Assembly: GCF_009914755.1 (NCBI RefSeq)
Contig: NC_060939.1
Strand: one strand, 5' to 3'
DNA: 64,000 nucleotides
Source of the DNA: the human T2T-CHM13v2.0 reference genome, Homo sapiens
The first letter of the stretch is position 1. Each line of letters starts with the position of its first letter. The notes beneath the pieces were generated by a model. The model did no database searches. It saw only the letters and a list, made by a program, of their open reading frames with translations, and was not told the origin of the DNA. A program made the position numbers and the translations under genes. Below are positions 1-13,730 of this stretch, piece after piece.

Positions 1-224
1 AGCAACTAACAGGCTAGCTTGGCCTTTCTCACACAGTGGCGGAAAAGTTGTCAGCAGTGAAAGAGAGAAAGCTCCAATGTACAAGATATTATTGTTTTCT
101 TGGACTATGTTTGCTAATGTTCCTTTGTCCAGAGCAAGTTCTGCGCCAAGCCTGGAGCCAGTGACAAAGGGTGTGTGAGCATCTAATGTGGTGCGTGGTT
201 AGTTGGTTGCAGCAATCTACTACG
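1..224 (-). mobile_element. MaLR LTR fragment (MLT1F/G/H-like)
   Basis: ggctagcttggcctttctcacac...tttgctaatgttcctttgtcc...gcaatctact resembles the reverse complement of an MLT1 LTR; recognised by eye. Confidence 0.55.
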
Positions 225-237
225 ATAGCATGATACT

Positions 238-659
238 TTTTATGAGTTGCATTTTGTCCCTTCCCTGCAAACTCATGTTAAATCCCTAACCCTTAGTACC
301 TCAGGATGTAACCATATTTGGAGATGAAGTCTTTAAAAAAGTAATTAAGTTAAAATGAGGACTTTAAGGTGGAGTAAACATTGAATTTTTATCTAGCACG
401 ACTGGTGTCCTTATGAGAAAAGGAAATTTGAATATACAGAGAAGCACCAGGGGTGTGCATGGGTAGAAAAAGACTATGTGAGGATGGAGTGAGAAGGCAG
501 CCACTTCTGAACCAAGGAGAGGGGTCTCAGGAGACATCAACCCTGACAACACCTTGATCTTGGACTCCCGGCCTCCAGAACTGTGGCAAAATATATTTCT
601 GTTGTTTAAGCCATTCAGTCTGTGGTATTTTGTTACGGCAGCTCCAGCAAACTAATATA
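238..659 (+). mobile_element. MaLR solo LTR (MLT1B-like)
   Basis: Typical MLT1A/B blocks: tatttggagat..gtaattaagttaaaatgagg, actggtgtccttat, accttgatcttggact..gcctccagaactgtg, gtggtattttgttacggcagc..caaactaata. Confidence 0.85.
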
Positions 660-688
660 ATGCTATTTATGTAAATTTAAAAAGTTCA

Positions 689-1087
<399 letters not shown>

Positions 1088-1319
1088 TTATGAGAGGGAG
1101 AGAATGGGATTGGAGTGAGAAATAAAGTGGAAAATAATTTAGAAAGAGGGCCATGGATGGACAGATGATAAGAGTATACCATGTACTGCGCAAGGTGACC
1201 AATTCAAATCTGTGTACCTGAGTTCTAAAAACAGGATAAAGTAAAATAAAAATAATCTCTTCTGGCTGAGGCAGAGTTGGTTTCCTTACCAGTATAAGAT
1301 CTATTTTTAAAACCTAATA

Positions 1320-1500
1320 TTATTGAATACTCCTGTATGATAGACTCTCTTATATCCTTTAACCTTTTACAGGAGATACCATTGCTCCCATTTATAGGAG
1401 AGGAAACTGAGGCAAAGGTAACTTAAACACACTAGCCGCAGGTGCATAGTGAGTAAGCGGCTGGGCAGATGGTTGAGCTCCAATCTGACTGCTTCCCAGC
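1320..1500. mobile_element. MIR
   Basis: MIR core cccattt..gaggaaactgaggca. Confidence 0.75.
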
Positions 1501-1904
1501 CTGGGCCTTGGCAGTTTCATCTGATCATCCCTTACTTAGCCACTTGTGTCTCTTCAGTTGCTTAGGCCTGCTCTTTGAGTCTGGAATCAGACACAACCTT
1601 GCCTGTGGTTGCTGGTCATGTTTCTCAGTCATTGCTTTTGTCACCCTGTCTTGTTTTCTGCTGTTTGCCTAGTTCTCATTTGCAGCCTAGCTCTTCCTAG
1701 GTGCAGGCCTGGCTCCTCCAACTTGCTTCTTCCTCTCATGGTAGGCTCCAAGGTTGTACCCGTAACAAGGCATGAAAAGGTCAAGAAGGCTGAGAGCAGA
1801 AGAGCATAGCCAAGAGTAGGCAGAAAGAGGCATAGGATCAATCCTTGACTTCCTCATTTGTGGGCACTTTGAAATGCAGGTGGCCATATTTCAAATATAA
1901 TACC

Positions 1905-2059
1905 TAGTGAGAACGGATTGTTAAGTACAGAACAATTTTACAAGTCGGTTACCGGTAGTTTGAAATTGGCCCTGGTTGGGGTGTTTACACCACAGAAACT
2001 GGTAAATGTGGCAAATCAGGACTTGTATTTTGGAGAGTTGGTTTATCAGAACACCAATG
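1905..2059 (+). mobile_element. MER63-like hAT DNA transposon remnant
   Basis: ggtagtttgaaattggccctggttggggtgtttacaccacagaaactggtaaa..caaatcagg and end ttggagagttggtttatcagaacaccaatg resemble MER63A. Confidence 0.7.
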
Positions 2060-2119
2060 AATAGAATATCCACCGTCTATAAAAATGCATTTAGGTTAAA
2101 GGACATAAAACAAGTGTCC

Positions 2120-2590
2120 CATGTTGTGGAGTCAGAAGACCGGAGCTCAAATCAAAAACTTTACAACGTTCTTGCCAAGTGATAAAGAGCAAATTATTTT
2201 ATTTTACCCTAGCTTTGGTTACCTTAGCTTTTAAAGAGGAATAATAATACCTACCTCACTGAAATGCTGTGGAAATTTAAAAAATACATGAAAAAATTGA
2301 GCATTGTGCACAAAATAAGCACTTGAAAAATATTAGCTGAATTTGCCCAAGGAGCAAAGTATAGTTAATAAACCCACCCATAATGCTTTCAGGAAATGCA
2401 AATAATCATAATATTTATGAATGTTTACCATATGCCAGATATTGTCTTTTTCATGTGTTGGTTTCCTTCAACTTTTTTAGGTAGGCACTATTCTTTGTCA
2501 CCATTTCAAAGAGCATAAAATGCACAGAGCTATTTGTTGACAGGGGTTGGGTCTGTCAGATTTCAAAGTCAGTCCTCTTAACCATCCATG
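2120..2590. mobile_element. Two degraded MIR fragments
   Basis: ggagtcagaagacc..ataataatacctacctca; atttatgaatgtttaccatatgccag..ggtaggcact. Confidence 0.6.
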
Positions 2591-3286
2591 CTGCTGGTAA
2601 AGGGTGATAAATGCTAAATGACCATAATGCATGCAATAAACACTATTACATGTGGTATGGGCGTCTGCCTTGTTCAATTAGGTGTGAGGTCATCTGGAAA
2701 ACAGCACCCTTTGTATCAATTAATGTGGAATGAGAGCTCTGTCGACCCCTCAGGGGCTGCCTGGTATTTTGCCAGAAAGTGTGCCATAAATCGTGGGTCA
2801 TGTTTTATGCAGGGCAGTCACTTTTCTTTTTCCATCCTGTGGGTATTAGAATCTTACTGGAAGAGTTTCTAACAGTCTTCAGCTAAACCAACTCAATGCC
2901 CAATTCTCATTCAAGGATCTTATTAACAGACCTTTGATATGGCAACGATACTCCACTATTAGAGCCTGGGCCAGTTCCTTTAAAGAATGTGTAGTAAAGT
3001 TACTGATTTCATCCCAATCACCTTACTTAATCAATTATGCTGTTTCTAGGCCATTAGAAGATCTCAATTTAAAAAATCTATCCATGCTGCATTTCAAATA
3101 TGAGCGAATATATTTTTTCTCTTCTGATATTTTCCCTTCTATCTGGTGTCCTGCAGAGCAGAGGTAATGCAAGACGCTTCCTCTTTTTCTTTCATGGAAA
3201 AGAAACCTGGAAAATGAATTTTATTTCATTACCATTTATGTTTATTTATTCAGCAGCTAATTTATTCCTGTTAGAAGAGATCCATC

Positions 3287-3455
3287 TCTTTTTTCCTTCC
3301 TTCTCTTCCGTCCACCCCTCTCTTCCTTCTCTTTCTTTGCTCCTTCCTTCTGTCTTACCTACCTTTTTTCCTTCCTTCCTCTCCTCCTTTCCTTCTTTTT
3401 CTTTCCCTCTTTCTCTCTCTCTTTCTTGCCTTAATCCTTTCTTTCTCTTGCCTTT
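3287..3455 (+). repeat. Polypyrimidine (CT/CCTT-rich) low-complexity tract
   Basis: ~170 nt almost entirely C/T. Confidence 0.9.
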
Positions 3456-4419
3456 ATAAAATGACTTAAATAATAGATCATGGTAAGGCACTGTCTGAGA
3501 AACTTCACTAATTTTGGGGAAATTGCCAAAGCAACTCTCATTCTACTGAGAATAAAACAACTTTAAAAATCTGTTTCTACCGCAGAGTTTATCAGATGTT
3601 GAGAGGAAACTTGACATGAAAGTAGAGTCTTAAAATAACCTAGTTACTGAATAGTGTTTCCAAATCACCTTTTACGTGTATAACTCAGGCAATTCTGGGA
3701 GTTCTTTCTTTGGTGCTTCTCTGTGTGTGTGTGTGTTGTGCACACATACACTCCTGAGAGGTTCTGAGGACTGATTTAAAATGTCTGAGAAGCACTTGAA
3801 GAACCAAGAGGTGATTTTAAGGAGAACCATAATTTATTTTTCTTTTTAAAGAACGTTCAAAAGAATTGAGAGGGTGAGGAAGGAGGCTGGAGCACAATTC
3901 TAATTAGAGAGAGAGAGAGAGACCCTATAACCCCCCAGCTGCAGGAGAATGAATGTGAGCTTTGGGGTGGAGCAAGCATGGGGCTGGAGTGGGAAGATGT
4001 GGAAGTATTTGCCACTCCTCAAGGGATGACACCATATCCCTTTTTCTTGAGGTTTTCTTTGTTCTTGCTGTTGTTGGTTTCATGTGATAATTCATGACAC
4101 ATGGAGAATAAGCCATGATTTGACTCTTTTTTCATTAGACTAGGAAACTTTATTATAGTAAATGCTGAGTTAAGAGTCTGGTCATTGGAGAAACTGGAAT
4201 CCTGGTTTTACCTCTTGCTAGCTGTGCAAATCCAGGCAAATTATTAACCTTACAAGCCTCAATCTCTGCATCTGGGAAATGAGACTGCTCGGTATCTTCA
4301 TATGGAGATTAAATAAAATGATGCCCCAAAATTCCTTTGTACAAGTACCAGACACTAAAGAAGGGCTTAATAAATGTGAGTTGTCTATTTTATTTTAATA
4401 ATTTTTATAAATTCTTTAA

Positions 4420-4761
4420 AAATTTTTTAATTTAATTTAATTTTGTTTTATTTTATTTTTTTTGAGACAGAGTCTTGCTCTGTCATCCAGGCTGGAGTGC
4501 AGTGGTGCAACCTTGGCTCACTGCAACCTCCACCTTGCAGGTTCAAGCAATTTCTCCTCCCTCAGCCTCCCAAGTAGCTGGGACTACAGGCATGTGCCAT
4601 CATGCCTGGCTAATTTTTTTTTTTTTTTTTTTTGTATTTGTAGCAGAGACAGGGTTTTGCCATTTTGGCCAGGCTGGTCTTGACCTCCTGACCTCAGGTG
4701 ATCCATCCTCCTTGGCCCCCCAAAGTGCTGAGATTACAGGTGTGAGCCACTGTGCCTGGCC
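4420..4761 (-). mobile_element. AluS with AT-rich tail and long middle T tract
   Basis: tgagacagagtcttgctctgtc...gagccactgtgcctggcc. Confidence 0.97.
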
Positions 4762-4972
4762 ATTTTTTTTTTAAATTATGATATACCAGTTTTTTTCAGA
4801 TTTTTGCTCGGATATCTTTTCAGAGAGCCTTTTCCTGGCCGTAAAGACAGAACTTAGGCAATGCTGACTGCATGCCTTCACTGGAGCTCAAAACATGTTG
4901 CTTTGCAATCTGTCTGTTTTCCTGTCTTTTTTCAGTACCCCGAATTCTCTTGACCAGGGGGAATGCTGGGAG

Positions 4973-5100
4973 TATTGTTCATATTGGTATGTGACTGACA
5001 AATACCTAGCCCAATATCTACACATATTGTTTCTATTATTGTTCATATTGGTATGTGACTGACAAATACCTAGCCCAATATCTACACATATTGTTTCTAT
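4973..5100 (+). repeat. Perfect 2 x 64-bp tandem duplication
   Basis: tattgttcatattggtatgtgactgacaaatacctagcccaatatctacacatattgtttctat at 4973-5036 and 5037-5100, identical. Confidence 0.97.
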
Positions 5101-5107
5101 TTGTTCC

Positions 5108-5320
5108 TGAGATATTTACTGAGTGCTTGCCATGACCAGATGTTGTGCTAGAACCAGGCACATAATGGCGTACAGACCCTATCTTTTTTAAGAAGCTCAC
5201 AGTCTAGTGAGGGATATGGATAAACAGCCAATAAAAATATAGTGTAATAAAAGAGAAGTTTACTTACTTTTTTATACTTAGAAGAGGTCAGAGAAGGCTT
5301 CCTGGAAGAAAAACTAATAT
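5108..5320 (-). mobile_element. L2 3' fragment
   Basis: atatttactgagtgct..gctcacagtctagtgag..ggtcagagaaggcttcctggaagaa. Confidence 0.7.
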
Positions 5321-5359
5321 TTAAAACAATGCATGTGTATCTGTGAGAACTTGGCGGGG

Positions 5360-5825
5360 GGTATTTCTTTAAGTTTTTCCAAAAACAACCTGAGAAAAGG
5401 ATTTGGGTATAAGTAATTTATTTGGGAGGTGCTCCCGGGAGGCAGAATTAAGAGAGTGAGGAGAGAGAGGGAGGAAAGGAAGAAAAGCCAGGAAAAGGTG
5501 CATTGTTGAACTGGGTACTTCTTTTGGCAAATGTGAAGTAGAGCACCCTTTAAATTTTCCCTTTGAAGCCCCAGAGACTGGGGCATTTATCTACTTGACT
5601 GACTCCTCTATTGGAGGAGAGTTACTTCCAGAAGCATTAACCCTCTTACGTTCCTGGCTCTGCACAGAGGCTGAGCAGGCTGCCTCGGCTTCAGAAACCA
5701 TTTAAGGCAGAAAGTGGAGGAAAGTGTGTGAAAGGAAAGAGGGTGCAGTGGGAACTGTCCAGCAGAGCTTTGGCTGAAATCACTTCAAGCTGACCATGTA
5801 CAATACGGAGGGCCTTGGCCATCTC
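5360..5825 (-). mobile_element. ERVL-class LTR (LTR33/LTR16-like)
   Basis: cctgagaaaaggatttgggtataagtaatttatttgggaggtgctcccggga resembles the end of the LTR33/LTR16 group. Confidence 0.6.
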
Positions 5826-6423
5826 CCCATTAAGTTAAAAAAATAAAGTGCCTTGCCCCTAAAACTCATGGACAGACTTCCTGGATTCAAGACATCTTAA
5901 GAGCTATGAAAACCATCTTAGAAATGCCTGCAGACTCCCACAACTGCCTATTGTCAGGGCTCAGTGTGGTTTACTTCTGTAATTACATGACAATTATAAT
6001 TGGGAAATAAAGCATCAGTAACATAAATGTGTAATATATTCATTGAATGTGTTTCATTAAAACATTTTCAGAATAAATTCTAGGACTTTGAAACTAAAAT
6101 GTGTTTTATATTCTCTCAAATCCTGATTTATCTCTGCCTCTTACCATGCCTTATCAATCATCAGCCCCCTGAGGAAGCAACTGATATTGCTTCCTGAAAA
6201 AATAACCACTCTTTTCTTAGCAGGAGAACAAGTAGTCTAAGGGAAAAAGAAGAATAGAATGCATATAAGTTATCTGAAGCATGCACAGTTGATGGCCACA
6301 GTTTCCTCCTGGAGATGTGGAGGGAAGGAAGTGTACCTCTAAGATCCCTACCGCTTAGGTTTCAGAAGAGATTGAACAGAATCCTGAGCTCCACAAATAA
6401 TTATTTCCAAAAGAATGGCTAGC

Positions 6424-6721
<298 letters not shown>

Positions 6722-6819
6722 TATTCCTGTTAAGGTTTATAAACTTCCCCAAATATGAATCTTCTCTTCAAACTACTTTATCCGTAAGAATTGTGATTCT
6801 CTTGTGTGGTAGAAAGTGC

Positions 6820-7040
6820 CTGTGTTTTGGTGACAGACAAACCTCCACATTCTGGCTCTGTTAATTTCAAGCTCCTTGACCTCAGGCTAGACATTTAATC
6901 TCTTTGAGTCTGCATTTCCTCATCCTCAAAGAGGGAAAGGGAAATAATACCTATTTTACAGTTTCGTTGCAAGGATTAAATGAGGTGATATCCGTTAAAC
7001 GCCGGTTGAAGGTCAATATTTACTAATGTCAGTTCCTTCC
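6820..7040. mobile_element. MIR
   Basis: tctctttgagtctgcatttcctcatc..aggattaaatgag. Confidence 0.7.
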
Positions 7041-7304
7041 TTCTTCCCTTAGCTAAGGGGTCATGAAGCAGTGCTGGATTCCCTCTGCAAGCTGAGTCCA
7101 CGTCCTTTGGGGATAGCTGTCACCTATAGTATAGTCATCATGGTGGAGTCTCCAAAGCTTTGAGAAGCAGGCATAAATTCATTTTATTTATTTACTGGGT
7201 TTTAAAAGTTATCTTACTTGCTAGACAATTTATTATTTGCATATTAGACTTTCATTAGTTAAACGTTCAATGGACTGTCCTCTCCTAAAATAAATAGAAT
7301 ATGG

Positions 7305-7605
<301 letters not shown>

Positions 7606-7639
7606 GACTGGAAATGATTGGAAACAGATCCTCCTAATG

Positions 7640-8480
7640 GTCACCCAGAAAAAAAGGAAACAAAGGCTACAGGCACACAATTGATGGAAAATAAAAGCCA
7701 AATGGTCAATAAATATATGAAACGATGCTCAATTTTATGAGGAATCAAGCAAGTGAAAATAAATATGAGATATCATTTGAAATCCATCAATTTGCAAAAG
7801 CATATGTAAGACTGACCATATTGACAGACTGTGAGGCAGTAGAACAATGGAGTTCCCCATGCAGTGCTGGTGGGTGTGCAAATCGCTCTGTCAGCGGGAG
7901 AGCAGTTAGGCAGTGTGTGGAAAGTTGGAGACAGACCCACCCTTTCATTGAGCAGTCATGATTTTAGGTACACACTCTGGAGAAACTCACATGTGTCCAA
8001 GGACATCTGTGAGCCTGTTGCTAGCAACACAAAACCAAGGGAGGGGCAATCTAAATGTCCAGCAAGAAACTTGGTTCAATATATTTTAGTTCTTTTTCAA
8101 GCTAGAATACTGTTCACATGTTAAAAGAATGAGCTATAACAACATGTATCAGCACAAAAAATCTCTAAGGTGTACTGTTTTATTAAAAGCACGTCACGAC
8201 ATTTTCATGTGTATACACAAATCCAAGGATGTTCATGGATGTTTACTGCACCAGTATTACAATTGTGCAGAATTGGACACAACTTAAATATCTGCCAACG
8301 GGAGAATTGATCCATAATTGTGGCAGATTCATAACACGGATTATTGAATGGCAGCTGAATTAAATTAGGACCGTTACCTCCATATGGATAAATATCAGAT
8401 GCAGAAAGAAATATGTACATTTTTAAAAAGTTAAGAGGATGCAAAATAATACTAGGTATTGTTTAGCACATATATATGTA
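7640..8480 (+). mobile_element. Ancient L1M (L1ME-like) 3' fragments
   Basis: aaatggtcaataaatatatgaaacgatgctca.., agtgctggtgggtgtgcaaat, caatctaaatgtcca and aatgagcta blocks typical of the L1M ORF2 end and 3'UTR. Confidence 0.7.
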
Positions 8481-9249
8481 TTTATATTAATGATATCTAT
8501 CTATCTGTGTGACTAAATGATAAGGAGAAACATTGGTGGGCAAAACCAACATGGACTCTTTGTCTTGGAGAATGTAGAAAGGGAAGGGAATATAATGGGG
8601 TTAGGACAGAAGCGTTTTACCTATCTGAAATATTTCTTAATGAAAAATGGAAAATAAGGGTTCTAATGTGAGAGAAGTATGACTCTTCCAATTTAGATAG
8701 CATTTTATTTATAAAATAAAATTACCATTTAAAAAGTAAATTTTCTTATGTTTTTCCTTCCATTAGCTACAAGATCTAGGCAAGAAATGGCAAACCTGGT
8801 GTTTCTTCACCTTGGACTTTTCTCAGTATCTCTGTGCCTGTTTCAGTCATGAGCAAATTTCAATGACAAACCAAGGAAATGGGCCAAGCCGGTCTGGAGA
8901 CTGATGCTCCAAACAGCTGCCAGCACACGTACCTCTCCTGTCTGCTCCAATCACTCGATTCTCATTTCCCCATAAGCCCCTTCGCCTCCCTCAGCAGCCC
9001 CAGGACTCCCCGTGACTCTGTGATCTCCACAATCACTAGTGAAGGCTAGGACAACAACAAGCTTTTATCATCATATTCACCCCTTGCCAACAAAGCTGAA
9101 TGGTGCCCAGTTCTTTGAAACTTTCCTTTAGTCCTTGCCGCTGTGATGGATGAGCCTTCTCATCATGTGCTTTGTTTTAAGCTACCACAGATCCAAACGC
9201 TAGTCTCTGCAGATGAGAAAAGACAGGGGCAAATACATTTACTTTATGA

Positions 9250-9476
<227 letters not shown>

Positions 9477-9704
9477 TAATAGCAGAAGAGGAAGATGAGA
9501 AGTTGGATACACTCTTCAAAGAAGCTCCTCGGATAAGGATTTAGGATTCAAAACTCTGTGCCTCTGGTGTTTTTTCAAAACAGCAGACTTCCTTTTCTTA
9601 AATTATTCTTTGTTTTTGCTTTCTTAAATTATTTCACCATTTTTCCCCTCTAAATAAGAATTGAAAAAAATGGAAAGAAAAGAGTCAAGAATAAGGAGAG
9701 TATG

Positions 9705-9800
9705 TCACATTGCATGCCTATATCAAAACATCTCATGTACCCCATGAATATGTATACCTGCTATGTACCCACAAAAATAAAAGTAAAATAAAATATAAAG
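9705..9800 (+). mobile_element. L1MA-type extreme 3' end fragment
   Basis: cattgcatgcctatatcaaaacatctcatgtaccccat..tatgtacccacaaaaataaa matches the reverse complement of the L1MA end at 53390-53460. Confidence 0.8.
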
Positions 9801-10109
9801 AAAACAGGAGTGGAAGTAGAAATAAAACAAGAGGGAGAAATTAATTACCAACTTGGGAGAAAATAGAAACCATGTGTAGAAGCAAGTTTCATGTTTGCCT
9901 TACTTGGTTTTCTTCTGTGGGAACAAGACAAATGGAAAAGTTCCAGAGAATTCACCCTGGAAGTGAACATTCCCATCTTCTCTGAAAACTTACCTACAAA
10001 TGGCTTTTACAGCCTTTTCCTGAGAATGCAGAGATCAGTACTCCCAGAGGTAAGACCACATTAGCAATGGAAGGGTGGGGGAAGTCACAGTGTTTAAAAA
10101 GTCCTTCTC

Positions 10110-10335
10110 CTTGCGATAGTTTGCTGAGAATGATGGTTTCCAGCTTCATCCATGTCCCTACAAAGGACATGAACTCATCATTTTTTATGGCTGCATAGTA
10201 TTCCATGATGTATGTGTGCCACATTTTCTTAATCCAGTCTATCATCATTGGACATTTGGGTTGGTCCTGCACGTTGTGCACATGTACCCTAAAGCTTAAA
10301 GTATAATAATAATAAAATGAAATTAAAAAAAAAAG
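10110..10335 (+). mobile_element. Short L1PA with 5' inversion (twin priming)
   Basis: 10110-10265 antisense ORF2 end; 10266-10335 sense 3' end plus A tail; 14-bp TSD aaaaagtccttctc at 10096-10109 and 10336-10349. Confidence 0.95.
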
Positions 10336-11034
10336 AAAAAGTCCTTCTCTTACATTGATAACATTTCAGTCCATTCTTAACTCTGCTTTTGCTTACTCGG
10401 TGAGGCTTTGGTTCTATGACCATAGGTAAATGTCCCCTCCAACCCCTTGCCTTCTGTTTGTAACATTTGTTCTCCAGCTGTTAGTGACAGAATCTTGCTT
10501 TAACAGGAAGCATGGGGTAGGGCAGGAATTTCTCATCACACTGAGGGTGCGTATCTTGTGTGCACGTGTGCAGAAGTATGTGCTTTGTTTGCTTCTGAGA
10601 TTTTTGAGGGTGAGCATATCATCAAAAGCCAGACATAAAAGTGTTAAGTGAGTTGCCTGTGATTTTGAGTTATCTCATGTCAGCTTTCCTTTCTCAAGGT
10701 ACTGAAAGAAGACACGTTTCACTGCTTTCTAAAGAACTTCTGACTGGGCATGAAGGAGTGAACCAACTGATCAGGAAATTGCCAGTCTTCAAAAGGCCTC
10801 ATTGCCAGTGGAAAGAGGAGAAACAGAAAAAAATGACCCTGCAGAAAGCAAATGCTCTGATGATTCATGCATTATTTGCAATTTTTTTGAATAAGAGCTA
10901 AAAACTAAACACTACTTGAGGCTGGGAATTTCTCTGGGGGAAAGAATAAAGAGTTATTTCCCTCTCAGGACAACACCTAATATTTGCACAGCACGGTAAA
11001 GTAATTTTCACAAGTATTATTTTGTTTGTGCATT

Positions 11035-11456
11035 TTCATCCTCAGGCTGAATTAAGCCTCAGTTTTCATTTTTGATTGAATCTGTCTTTGCTGATAGAAG
11101 TTTTCTGGGTGACCCAGACAGTCCTCAGTATGAGATAATGTGATGGAGGATGCAGTGAATCAATCACGTCTCTGCTGGAATTGCTTTCTGGAGACTTTGA
11201 GATGTCAGGGTTGAAATGTCACACAGGAGGTCACTGGGCTGGTAGATAACTGGAGATATGACTCCATGAAGGCATTGCTTATCCATGTTCCAAGCATATC
11301 TGGCTTCTTTTGAGAGGTAAATAGGGATGGATGAAGAGGAGGAGAGTTAGTCCTGAATTTGTACCCTGGCTCTGCCACTTACCAGCTCTACTGCTCTTGC
11401 TAGGGAGATCATGTTAACATATTAACGCCAATAATAATCACTGAAGGTTATGAGTC
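11035..11456 (+). repeat. Copy 1 of a ~420-bp local direct duplication
   Basis: Aligns to 13731-14142; hand alignment gives ~33 substitutions and 4 small indels. Confidence 0.97.
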
Positions 11457-11550
11457 CTATAAAGTAAGTAGCATTCGCCCTATTTTATAGAAGAGGATAC
11501 AGCATCAGAAAAGTTAATTGCTTTCCCTAAGTTCCCTGGGCACATTTATT

Positions 11551-12615
11551 TCTTTATTTTTATTTTTTCATTATACTTTAAGTTCTGGGGTACATGTGCA
11601 CAACATGCAGGTTTGTTACACATGTATACATGTGCCATGTTGGTGTGCTGCACCCATTAACTCGTCATTTACATTAGGTATTTCTCCTAATGCTTCCCAC
11701 CCACCTCCCCCACCTCATGACAGGCCCCGGTGTGTAATGTTCCCCACCCTGTGTTCAAATGTTCTCATTGTTCAATTCCCACCTATGAGCGAGAATATGT
11801 GGTGTTTGTTTTTCTGTCCTTGTGATAGTTTGCTCAGAATGATGGTTTGCAGCTTCATCCACATCCCTACAAAGGACATGAACTCATCCTTTTTCATGGC
11901 TGCATAGTATTCCATGGTGTTTATGTGCCACATTTTCTTAATCCAGTCTATCACTGATGGACATTTGGGTTGCTTCCAAGTCTTTGGTATGGTGAATAGT
12001 GCCACAATAAACATACGTGTGCATGTGTCTTTATAGCAGCATGATTTATAATCCTTTGGGTATATACCCAGTAATGGGATTGCTGGGTCAAACGGTATTT
12101 CTAGTTCTAGATCCTTGAGGAATCTTCCACAGTGGTTGAACTAGTTTACAGTCCCACCAACAGTGTAAAAGTGTTCCTATTTCTCCACATCCTCTGCATC
12201 ACCTGTTGTTTGCCGACTTTTTAATGATCGCCATTCTAACTGGTGTGAGATGGTATCTCATTGTGGTTTTGATTTGCATTTCTCTGACGGACGGTGATGA
12301 TGAGCATTTTTTCGCGTGTCTGTTGGCTGCATAAATGTCTTCTTTTGAGAAGTGTTTGTTCATATACTTCGCCCACTTTTTATGGGGTTGTTTGATTTAT
12401 TCTTGTAAATTTGTTTAAGTTCTTTGTAGATTCTGGATATTAGCCCTTTGTCAGATGGGTAGATTGTAAAAATTTTCTCTCATTCTGTAGGTTGCCTGTT
12501 CACTCTGATGGTGGTTTCTTTCGCTGTGCAGAAGCTCTTTAGTTTAATTCGATCCCGTTTGTCTATTTTGGCTTTTGTTACCATTGATTTTGGTGTTTTA
12601 GTCATGAAGTCCTTG
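11551..12615 (-). mobile_element. 5'-truncated L1PA (~1.06 kb) inserted in a MIR
   Basis: ttatactttaagttctggggtacatgtgc 3' end; ORF2 C-terminus (..WIKKMWHI..) on the - strand; 18-bp TSD tccctgggcacatttatt at 11533-11550 and 12616-12633. Confidence 0.97.
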
Positions 12616-13730
12616 TCCCTGGGCACATTTATTAGCTGAATGCAAACTCAGGCTTTGTGATGCCACACCCTGTGAGTACTCCATCACATCATCACTGTCT
12701 TCCCCAAATGGGTGTGGCCATATAATTGGACGCAAGAGAGACCCATTGTTAAGGAATGTCAGCCACATCAAGAAGTGGTTTGAGCTCCCAGCATACTGCC
12801 CAAAAGTAAAGCTCACAGGTATTCTGTTGAGTGGTTTGCATAACTAAAAAAGACGGGGTGATAGTGCTTTGATGTTGGCCAATAACAACAAGACCCTTCT
12901 GTTCTCTTTTGTCCTATATTCTCTCTCAAATTCTGTGCTCTGATGAGTGGCTGAATCTCTTGTTTCTACCAAATGATTTAATTCATGTAAACAAGCATAT
13001 TTTTATGTAGCATTGCCTCTGCCTCTGAAAACTTAGGGAAGTAACATCGTTCCAATTATTGGTTAAAAAAAGGGAGAGCAGAGCCATCTTCCATAAGATT
13101 ATTGGAGAGATTACTGTGACAATGTGTTTATAGTGCTTAACACAGTGCTGGGACAGAATAGCACCTGTTTTCAGTCATAACTATTATTAGTGCAGTTTGA
13201 AACTAGCTGTGCTTGCAAGTACATCACTTGGCCTCAAACCTTCACAACTAGCTGCCAATGTATCTGCAGCAACACCCAGCTCCAATGCACACAATTTCTA
13301 AAGTGTCTGACGTCAGGGTTTTGGATGTGATGATTGCTCACTTCTTTCTCTTTCTCAGAATGGTCTCTCCTTTCTTTTCCCATGACTACTGGCATTTTTA
13401 AGATAAACTAATTTAAAAATGCAAAGCACTCTTGTCTCAAAAGCACCATAAGTATAAAACAATAATGTCAGACTCATCTTGGGAACCATATCATACCCTC
13501 TCTAAAGCCAAATATCTGCTTATTCAGGTCCAACCTCCACTGAGAGGCAATGAGAGTTAAGCCCCATGCCCATGTCTCTGGGCCTGTTCAATCTTAGAAG
13601 AGAACTTCCTCCCTGTGATTCCCAGGGCAGACAGTGCTTAATTAGTTCTAATGAACATGGAACAGTCAGCCCCTTCTTGTCCCTGAGATGTGGCCCAGGG
13701 GGTTAACCTCCCATCTCCTAGTTAATCACC

